Assembly (NCBI GenBank): GCA_012295275.1
Contig: CM022667.1
Location: 20,522,001-20,586,000 of the forward strand
Source: Chrysomallon squamiferum
Lineage: Eukaryota; Animalia; Mollusca
DNA length: 64,000 nucleotides
Direction: 5' to 3'
The stretch's first letter is position 1; each line of letters starts with the position of its first letter. The notes beneath the pieces are model-generated. The model searched no databases and had not been told where the DNA came from. It saw nothing but the letters and a program-made list of their open reading frames with translations. The position numbers and the translations under genes were made by a program. This document shows, piece after piece, positions 11,944 to 22,905 of this stretch.

Positions 11944-14144
11944 CTTTGGAGCATATTTAAATATGACTGAATTTTATTTGTGGCAATCACAGATACGCTT
12001 ACACAGAAAATCGCCTGTCTTGTCTACATCTTACTATTATTAAGAAGAAAACAAAAACTAAATATTTCCGAATTATAGGAAAGAAAAAAAAATAACAATC
12101 AGTACAATAAAAAACTATATTATTGGTTATTTTTATTTATTTTATTTATTTTATATATTTTTTAAATATATGTAGTTATTGTAATATAATTTGTTTTCTG
12201 TATGAAATTCACATACACCTTATAATAACTGCTATGTAACTTAAGAGAATATGATTTAACTGCCATAGCAAAGATCATAAAATATTAAGAATATATTTCT
12301 AAAATCTTTTCTAGTTTTGTCAGTTTTATGGAATATGCTCGAATATTATAATAATAAATTTTGTTTTTAGATTTCATCAACATTTACGAAATAAACATTG
12401 TCATACGAGTTTCACCAAAACAAAATAACAAATTTAAGCAATCAGAATATTAATTTTCATCCTCAGAAAAATTCTTTGAAATTGAAGTAATTTGGTTACA
12501 TCTCCTTCCACCAGTTAAAATAAAAATGTAAACAAAGATTTTGTGTCGGCTTTTGTCGCAACTGAAAATATCTAATTTAAAAGTTAATACACTGATATTA
12601 ATGTAGAAGAATTATAAAATAATCTTAATTCAGTAAATGGAAAATCTGATGCACTCATTACAATGGTATAAAATTGACATATTCTTCTTTATTGACAAAA
12701 TTATAATCATTTCAGAAATATTTCTTATGTTTATTAATCGTTAGCAGAACTGTATTTTTGTGTTCTTTCTTGCTTAACATTATTATTAAAGCAATTAAAA
12801 CACAATAATTTTTTTTTTTTTGTTGTTGTTATTATTGAAAATGCACATACATAAAATGATTTACGCTAAAAAAAAAATTAAAAAAAAAAATTGGGTTAGT
12901 ACTTACTCAGTCTGTTGAAGCTTTTTCGAATACGAAATAATAATCTAAACTATCCTGTTGTTTGAGGAATAACATAAAGTTATGTGATGAAGATAGTTAA
13001 TTTCGTCTTTGTTTTAACAGTGAAACTCGGGTGTCTATGAAACTGAGTTTCAGTGGCTGGACTCTTTTCTGTGTATTAACTATAGACAACTGTATTAAAT
13101 TACTATTTTATATACGTTATGTGATCTTAAGATTGTCTAGTCTCAGTTAATAAAGTAAAGAAACCATAAACCAATGACAAATGCGAAAAAAAAAAAAAAT
13201 ATATATATATATAATTTATAACAGTAATAATAATTAAATAAAATGCCTTTAAATCCCGATACAAGTAAATAATTAGAATTCTGTTTAACCATCCGTAACA
13301 GACTGTCATGGAAACACACGCACTGACAAACTGACACACAGTTGTTCACTTTTTTAGATAACTCAGTCAGCGGCAAAATGATGGCGAGTTTCATATGAAA
13401 CGTTAACAGCTTCACACATCTGTTGATTCTACTGGTTTCGATTCGGGAGAATAAGAGTAAAGCGGAGAACAAAGGAAAAAAAAAAAAAGGGAGTTCTAAA
13501 AAAAACAAGCTTTTGCAAAACAAACCTGCTTTCCCTAGACTCGAGCCGTTTTAGCGATTCTGTGACAGGACCTTCACATTGGCACCGTCTTATCTAGTAA
13601 TTAAATTACATTATAAAAAAATGAGTAGTAATAACAGTAACAGTAATAAATCATAGTTTATAAACAGAAACATGATAACTGTCAAAATCATATTTTGAAC
13701 GATAACAATCGGAAAATAATAAATAATGAAACACTGATGAAACACAGCTTATACAAAATAAAATTAAAGAGATTAGGTTTATATTTAGATATCATTAATT
13801 AGAGGTATAATGTTTTAATACGAATTCATCATTTATTCGACATTTTGTTATAGTTTTTGAGTATTATTATTATTATTAGTAGTAGTATTAATAGTAGCAG
13901 TAATAGTAGTAAAAGTATTAGTATTATTACTAATAATGGTATTATTAGGAGTGATAGTAGCAGTATTATTGATAGTAATATGATCCAAATAGCCTCTCTC
14001 CATTTTATTTTATTTTTTAAATGGACAACAAATCACCAAAGACTGAGTGGATGCGAAATCATATTTTTCCGATCCTCCGTTATTAGTATTATTAATTAAA
14101 ATACTACTACTACTTTTATCACTGCACCTACTATACTATTAAAG

Positions 14145-15535
14145 CACTGGTTCTCAAAGGGTGTGCCACACGAAATTCTAGGATCTAGGTAGATATTTGT
14201 GATGATAAAAAATGGATTATGTTAAGAGCGGAAAGATATCCAGTAAGAAATAGCCGGTTGCCCGGGAAAAGATTTTATACACGTTGTAAACTCGTTCGAA
14301 ACGAGTTTTAGTTTTAGTTTACCAGTGACAGTATGAGTGATAGGGTGTGCAAGTGTGATAAATAGACAAAGTTTTCTTGTGACACATATTCCTATCACTG
14401 TCACAGTCACTACCCATCTGAAACTTTAATACTTTATGGAATTTTGTTAAAAGCAAACGACTGATAAAACGTTTCCCTTTTAAAAATATAGCCTTTGTAC
14501 AGTTTTTTAAACATTTTGACAGTTCATTGCTTTGTATTTCACATTACAATATTTTTGAAGAAATTGCCAAGACACGGTAACTCTATCAGTGAACATCTCT
14601 CACACAACAGCGGTTTACTCTAAATATAACAGTGAACATCTCTCACCCAAGGGTTGTATTTCTAAATATAAATGAACATAACAGGGTGGAACATACCAGT
14701 GAACATCTCTCACACAAGGGTGGTAACTCTAAATATACAAGTGAACATCTCTCACACAAGGGCGGTAACTCTAAATATACCAATGAACATCTCTCACACA
14801 AGGGCGGTAACTCTAAATATACCAATGAACATCTCTCACACAAGGGCGGTAACTCTAAATATACCAATGAACATCTCTCACACAAGGGCGGTAACTCTAA
14901 ATATACCAGTGAACATCTCACTCCAAGGGCTGTAACTACACAAGGGCGGTGAACACTCACACAAGGGAAACTCTAAATACATCAGTGAACATCTCTCACA
15001 CAAGAGCGGTAACTCTAAATACATCAGTGAACATCTCTCACACAAGAGCGGTAACTCTAAATACATCAGTGAACATCTCTCACACAAGAGCGGTAACTCT
15101 AAATATACCACTGAACATCTCTCACACAAGGGCGGTAACTCTAAATATATCAGTGAACATCTCTCACAAAGGTGGTAATAAATATATCAGTGAACATCTC
15201 TCACACAAGGGCGATAAATCTAAATATATCAGTGAACATCTCTCACACAAGGGCGGTAACTCTAAATATATCAGTGAACATCTCTCACAGAAGAAAAACA
15301 AACGATACAGATTTCAGATGAGAACCGTTTATACGCGAAATGAAGAAGAATCTGACATAGATGTAGACAATGAGGACAGACAACCTCGGCAGCCTGTTCC
15401 GCAACCGATTCAGCCGCAATATCCTTCTTTCAGTTATTTCTCTATTTTTTTACATTTTGCATTATATTTCTTAGCATTTTGTTTCTAGTGTGCCCGCAGT
15501 TTTTTATAAGACTTCAAAAAGTTTGAGAACCACTG
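14145..15535. mobile_element. Non-autonomous hAT (Charlie/Buster-like) DNA transposon
   Basis: Left TIR CACTGGTTCTCAAA (14145) and right TIR TTTGAGAACCACTG (ends 15535). 8-bp TSD tattaaag (14137-14144) / cattaaag (15536-15543) with a central TA. Subterminal GTGTGCC at both ends. Confidence 0.85.
14575..15288. repeat. 42-bp minisatellite (~16 copies) inside the hAT element
   Basis: Unit gtgaacatctctcacacaagggcggtaactctaaatatacca. It explains the 14-aa periodic ORFs. Confidence 0.95.
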
Positions 15536-16546
15536 CATTAAAGTATTAAATGAATAAATAAATATTTATGTTCTCGTCACTGGATCCAAACACTGTCGCA
15601 ATCAAATTAAATTAAGTCAGTTTTCTGTCTCTGTTAATCCCTCATTACGCGTTTTTTACGATTTTTCTCTGACATTTTATAAATCTCTGAACAGTGAAGA
15701 ACTCACAGTCGTAATTCATTAGACAAAATTTTGTTTGGAACTGACACACCAGATGAAAAAAAAACAAATAAATATTACGTTTATTTCGGTAGATGGCTAA
15801 AATCATTCTTATAACCTTATAGAGTGTTTTTTTTTTTTTTAAATAATAAAAAATTATTTAAAAATTATGTAAAAATAAAATAATTATAAAGTTGAAACAT
15901 TAGATCCAACTGTTACAAATCACTTTAAAGTTAAATTGTCACTTAACATCTCTAATGTAAACTCAGTTGTTTAATCTGAATCCTCCAAAACGTAGTTATA
16001 ATGATTAAACTTCACAAATATTAAACTCTGATCAGTAAATACGTAGAATAACATCTTTTTAATAAATTATTTTTTTTACGCCGTATATATTCACATCTTA
16101 CCGTATTTGTGGTAGTACCTTTCTGTACTTGTTATTATAATTATATTACCGTACTTTAAATACCTTTGCAGATTTGCTGTTATGAAAAAGTTAAAAACTG
16201 AAGGCAGAAATACGTGTGCAATTCACAGTGAACATAGTTATATAGATATTCTTGGGGCACGAGATGTATTTTAATTAAAATTAATTAATTCAAACTAGTT
16301 TTTGAAACATGCATATTAGAAACAACAAACGAAGACGGACATTTTATCAATATTTAATAAACATGCGTTTTGTTCACAGGTTTTATGATGATCCACATAA
16401 AGTCACGGTTACAAGCCAGGACCTCCGTGTACGTTACAAATTAACATCCTGTAACAGTAATTCATTTAGCAAGTACGTTACAAACATAGAATTATATTAA
16501 AAATAGTAACATTCACATTCGAAACAATATTTAAAAAAATAATAAG

Positions 16547-16609
<63 letters not shown>

Positions 16610-17113
16610 ATAAACAACAAGAAGAATTGAAGCAAAACATTGAAAGAACTATTTATGAGTTTCGTAATGAGTCATAATAACGAAATAAATATTCTACATA
16701 ATTATTGTTATCGTTCTCACATTTTTTTAACATTAATATTCTGAAAAGCTTCTCTTTCTTATTGTTAAAAGCGGCTTGAACTAAAATATCATTTTACTCC
16801 TGTGTCTAATTAACAACAGAAGTAAACGGATTGTCGCGAATCTAAGCTATCTAAACACAGTTGGCGTTGACTATATACGTTTTAACGTCTTTGAGAAAAG
16901 TGCACAGTAAACAGTAAAATGCTAATTAAATTATATTAACAGTACAGGGCAAGATTAGTCGAAAACATTTTTAAAAATAAAAAGAAGAATAAAAGAAAAG
17001 AAAAGGAAAAACGTTCTAATATTAAAATACAATTTCTACGAAAAAAAAAAAAAAAAAAAAAAGAGTGAAATAAAAACAAATATAATGTATTTTGCGGGGT
17101 TAATACAGTACAT

Positions 17114-17119
17114 TTTATT
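17114..17119 (-). terminator. Candidate polyadenylation signal (AATAAA) after exon 11b
   Basis: AATAAA ~300 nt after the stop, with a U-rich tract further downstream. Weak, because the region is AT-rich. Confidence 0.35.
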
Positions 17120-17417
17120 CACATTTTTTTCAGTTAATATGCATGTTTAAATATTAGTGCAAACAATATGCATAATAAATTATTTGTTTCAAAAAGAAAA
17201 ATGCAGAAATGTAAATTACATTAATCTTGCATAAATAAATAAATAAATAAATAAATATATATATATATATATATTTATACATATAAAAAATAAAGAAAAA
17301 CAATATTAAAAAGTCTGCTAAAAATTCTTTTCAGTAAAACATACTGAGAAATTTTGAAACATTAGTAACATGTAGCATAAAAATAAGTAAATAAATAAAC
17401 AAACGTAGACGATATTG

Positions 17418-17594
17418 TTATTTGAGTAAACAAGGCATTTTGTCTTTGGCCAATTCTACCGGATCAATGCTGTCATAATTGTGAGACGAAAGCACCATGA
17501 ACATTTCTTTGCGGTTTATTTTCCCGTCGTGGTTCAAGTCACATGCGTCTAGCAAAGCTTTCTTACACTCCTCCAGGTCGGCTGTGTCAAAATC
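17418..17594 (-). CDS. Cbp53E: Calbindin-like alternative last coding exon 11b (EF6, long tail)
   Basis: cag|DFDTADLEECKKALLDACDLNHDGKINRKEMFMVLSSHNYDSIDPVELAKDKMPCLLK-TAA. Confidence 0.88.
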   Translation of the reverse strand, partial: DFDTADLEECKKALLDACDLNHDGKINRKEMFMVLSSHNYDSIDPVELAKDKMPCLLK

Positions 17595-18634
17595 CTGAAA
17601 CAAACAACACCAGTCGTTTTAAATTAAAATCGTAGCAGTAGTTTATATAGTAAACTTGTATCAATCGTTTTTAAAGTTAAATTTGTATCAGTAGTTTTTA
17701 TAGTAAACTTGTATCAATCGTTTTAAATTAAACTTGTTGCAGTAGTGTTTATAATAAACTTGTATCAATCGTTTTAAATAAAAACTTAATAAATCAATCG
17801 TTTTGTTTTAAATTAAACTTGTATCAAGCAGCAGTAGTTTTTATAATAAACTTGTATCAATCGTTTTAAATTAAACTTGTATCAGTAGTTTTTATAATAA
17901 ACTTGTATCAATCGTTTTAAATTAAACTTGTATCAGCAGTTTTTATAATAAACTTGTACCAATCGTTTTAAATTAAACTTGTATCAGTAGTTTTTATAGT
18001 AAACTTGTATCAATCGTTATTAAATTTGTATCACTAGTTTTTACAGTAAACTTATATCCATCGTTATTAAACTTGTATCAGTAGTTTTGTAAGTAAACGT
18101 TTCTTATGTTAAACTGGTAGGCTTCCAGTACATCAAATGTGTTCCTAGGAATCGCTTCCCGAGAACGCACCTTTAAAGATTAGTTTAACAGTTTTGTATT
18201 TCCATCTATTTAATATTTGATAGAACATATATCATTACTCATATATTTAAAATAAATTATCGACATAACAACAGTCTTCGTACTCAGTACACTTCGTACA
18301 CGCAGTGGCTGTAACTTCGTGAAAAACAACAACAACTAATACATCATTATAATACATAAAAATTAATTACTTCCAAATCTTTTTTCTTCATTTAATATGC
18401 ACTGTAAGAACAGTTTCAATATCAGTGGGATAAATTATTTTTTAAAAAGTGAAATTTAGAACTGCAAAAAAAAAAAAAATTAATGCAATTTAAATTTCTA
18501 CACTTATCAATCTTGCTATCTGTTTTTCTAGCTAAAAGATACATTTTTTAAACGTCTGCTAAAAAAAAAATCATTTTCAGTAATACAAACAGTTTTGCAA
18601 TAATCACAATTCTGTTTAAATAAAAGCACACACC

Positions 18635-18699
<65 letters not shown>

Positions 18700-18744
18700 C
18701 AACAACAACAATACCGAATGCAGCAACAACAAATACTTAATGCC

Positions 18745-18777
<33 letters not shown>

Positions 18778-21700
18778 ATGGACATAGATAATTCGATAAT
18801 TCACACAAGAGATGTTAAATGTTTAATAAACGTGTTATCTGTACAACCAACACTGTGAGTAAATAATCAGCGGTGTAAGTAGACATTTGCGTCGACATGG
18901 CAGGTGACTTTTAAGCGGCTGCTAAGACATTATTTTTTGATCATTTAATATAATTAAATTATTCCCCATACAAAAAGATTCATGTACCCCCGACAGAGGC
19001 AAAAAAATGTATTAAGCCAATCTACTTATAAAAGACATTACTTGAAAAAAATAACATCTATCAACAGCAGAACATTGATTATATGTAAATTTAGTAAAGG
19101 ATATGGCGAAGTCTCACTTTAGAGTCATTGAATTAGTGTGAATAATACATTTTCAGCACCTCTGAGTTTTTAACAAGAGCTGATGGCGCCAAGGCAGTAT
19201 TTGCAATTGATGAATAAGGAAATTCTATAAGGAAACAGGACAATTATCGAAAGCACGAACAGCTTGTATAATGTCACCAGTATAGAAATATAATCTGACT
19301 TTTGACGAGATAAAAATATTCCTATTTATTCAGACAAGCTGTCAGTGCAAATGAACAAAAAACGTGTTTTACAGTTTATAATAAAACATTCTGTTACGCC
19401 AGGCTCGCTTTTAATCATACAGTGACTCATGTTCGCACATGTAGTAAGACAACAGCTTGAAGTATCTTACAGTGTCTAGATTAGGTGTAATGCATTTCTC
19501 ATGATTCACTGGATTTTCAGCTACCCATCGTAATTAATCTCAATAGAAGAGCGCTAACGACGACAGAAAAAAGTCAGTCTTGAGCCATTCTTCCTGGCAG
19601 CAAACACTTCCTTAACTGACTTCATCGGATGATGTCTATTAATATGAATCTGTACTGCGAATTTTTAGTTCAGGTTGATCTGATAATAACTTCTGTGCCC
19701 ATTAATAATTATTTATATTAATTTATTTCCCAAGATGATCTCTTAAAAGCAACCGGGAATGGAATAGGTTTATTTAAATATATACAATCTTCAAATATCG
19801 AGCGGCTATCTCTGTATTATCAAAGTTTATTTCAGTTATAACAAACAGCAAATCAATATTTTGAACTTAATGCAAGACGACAAACTAATTTGTAGATGCC
19901 ACTGCACAATTTTAAAACAACTTGAAATTCCGCGTGACATCACACAACATAAAAACGTTAACAAGCAAAAAAACAGTCACAATAAATATATTCTAAAAGA
20001 CATTTTACTTTAATTGAAGTCATGCAATGCTATTTTTTATGAATCTAAAAAATTACAACACAATATAAAGAAGCAATAATGATGATGATGATGATGACGA
20101 CATAATAATAAATAAAAAAATCAATGAATAAATAAATAAACACGTATTTATTGACCTTTTTCTACCGTCATTGATATTCATATAGCATTAAACAAATGTT
20201 TGCTGAAACAATTCAGACTCCCAGTGTTATGTAATGATATTTTATATCAAAAGGCAAAAAAGGACATTAAGCAACAAAAACATTAATTTTGACGCGTTTG
20301 ATATATTTCGATTTTAGTGTATTAATGAAGCAATAAATTTCACTATATTATCAAAAATAGTTAGCTCTAAAGACAACGAAAAACAAACGAACAAAAAAAA
20401 CAAAACAAAAAAATATCAAACCCCAAAACCCAACAAAACAAACAAAACAAAAAATCATATAAAACAACAAAAATAAAAACAAAAATAAAACAAAAACCCG
20501 TTCTCTTTATTTATCATTTTTTGATATTCTGCTTAAACCTCCCACAAATAAATAATCATTCATAAGTTTGAGTGTTAACATGTAAGTTACTGTTGAGACT
20601 TCAGAGACAATAATGTCAAAAAACATATTGTCATAATTAAACTATTACTACAACTATTCCTCCTACTCCTTCTTCTACTATTACTACTGCTATAACTCCT
20701 ACGACTAGTTCTATTACTACTTCTACTAATAATATAATTAGTAATTGTAATACATCGGTACTAGTCAAAATATATAACACCTGTTTAAACAAATAATCGG
20801 TACAAGTAATCACCATCCAGTAAAAAATACTATTAGTACTATTACTTCTACTTCTACTCCTACTAGTAGTATTACTATTACTACTAGTACTAGTATTACT
20901 ATTACTACTCTTCCTCCCACTACTACTATTATTATAATAAGGCGTATTCGGTTTAATTATTTCTGTCCTAAAAAAACAAAATACTGTGGTAAAATAATAC
21001 ACGGATTAAAAATGTTTTCAGCTTGTGTTGAGATTTTTCAGTATTGAATGTATTGAAGAGATTTTATCTTCCAGTATTGCATGCATGCAATAAACTGTGT
21101 GTTACGACTAGTAAGGATATAAATGTTGTTCATCAAATGAAATAAAACGTCCGATCTCTATCTCCCTGAAATGTCATTGTTTGTAGAGTAATTAATTTTA
21201 AATATCATAATGTTAATACTTAGAGTATTCACACTTTGAAAGCATGTTTAGCTGGCGTAAAATGAAAACGGGAAAAAAAATAAAAAATAAAAAAAAAAAA
21301 AAAAAAAAAAATAAAATAAAATAAAATAAAATAAAATGAAAGCAAAAAAAAAAAAATTTCGCTGTGCTCGGAATCTGCGCGATTTGTTCGATTTGTTACG
21401 AGACAAAGAGACAACGCCCTGTAGACTGTTGCAGATGACAGCATGCAGCACACACGACAAAACAGGACTGTCTGTTACATGCATTCTGTACTCCACCTCA
21501 CCCCAGCCTGGCCTCAGCTCTGCCGCACGACAACATTTGTCAGAACGTTAACATCAGCGTCAGCTCTTTCTTGCTAATTTTACCATCGTTATTTAAATCA
21601 CAACGCCCGAGCAGAATTTGTTTGCAATCCTCGAGATCGGCCGTATCAAAATCCTACAAAAACAAAACAAAGTAGTGTCGTCTGCTAACTAACAAAGTAG

Positions 21701-22854
21701 TGTCGTCTGCTACTAACTAACAAAGTAGTTTCGTCTGCTACTAACACCTCGTCCACATTAACGCTGGAGACCAAAATAAGCGATCTGGACAGTCCAGGAC
21801 AAGAACTGTTGACTCTACACCAGTTACTGAAATAACAGCGTCGTGTTAAACACTTCATAGTTCTCCGCTCTGTTGTTAAACTGAGACCTCCCGACCCGTA
21901 TCAGATATAAACAAAACAGAATAAATAAATAAAATAATAATGAAATAAGACAAAGTCGGGACAGTAAGAGACGTAAAATAAATTAAAAATAAATAAATAG
22001 ATTAATAAATAAATTTTTATGCATACAAAATTTCATTCAGCTTATGCTTTTCATAAGTATAAACAAAATAATTATTTTTACAAAAGCAAAACAAATAAAA
22101 CATTAAAAGCTAAAGAGAGTAAAATTAATGCAGGCACTGAATAAAAATATCATCTGTATTGCTGAAGAAAGATATATTAAAAAAGTAATTTTAAAAAGTA
22201 GAATTTTCGTCGTCATTTGTGTATGTATGTGCATGTTAAGTAAACATATTTATATCAACAATTTATTTGACAGTGATACAGAAAGTAGCATAAGTTAGCT
22301 CACTAAATGTGAAATATTACCGAAGACGTTCATTTCTGCGGCATGTTAATTTGGTTCAGTCTGCTGTACTAAAAGAATCACATACTGAATTCTTCTGTCT
22401 GCCTGGATGTCATGTTTTTATTTTTATTGTTTTGGAATCAACACCTTTTCTTGTACATATATATCAACTGATTAAACCTTGAATAATGAATGGCTTTAAA
22501 CAGTTTTTCAATGTTATACAAAATTGTAAAAATTGTTAAACAAAATTGTAAAAATTATTATAAAAAATTGTAAAAAGAAATATAATATTCATTTTATAAA
22601 AATACAACAAGTGTCATTCTGATTTAGTCACTTTAGTCAGTTTAATTTTCTTCTTGTATTTACTTTTTAAATAATTATAACAGCTTATTTTAAATTACGT
22701 GTCCCAGCGCATTAGAGCAAAATGCTTTCTTATGAGACAAAATAACGAGAAAATTACATAGGTGCGTTCTCAGAAACGATATTAAATAAATGACCAGATG
22801 TTAAAACCAGACATTATTATAAGAAATTATTCAATGTATACATTTCTATAAATG

Positions 22855-22905
<51 letters not shown>

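Noticed and set aside
14632-15488. Overlapping 14-aa-periodic ORFs on both strands
   Set aside because: Result of a stop-poor 42-bp unit inside a hAT element.
17418-17603. Exon 11b as a remnant of a second calbindin gene
   Set aside because: No duplicates of exons 1-10 were found between 21540 and 17600. It is phase-compatible with exon 10 of the same gene.
21540-21542. TGA as selenocysteine
   Set aside because: No SECIS-like hairpin recognised, and the position does not align to a Cys in 11b.
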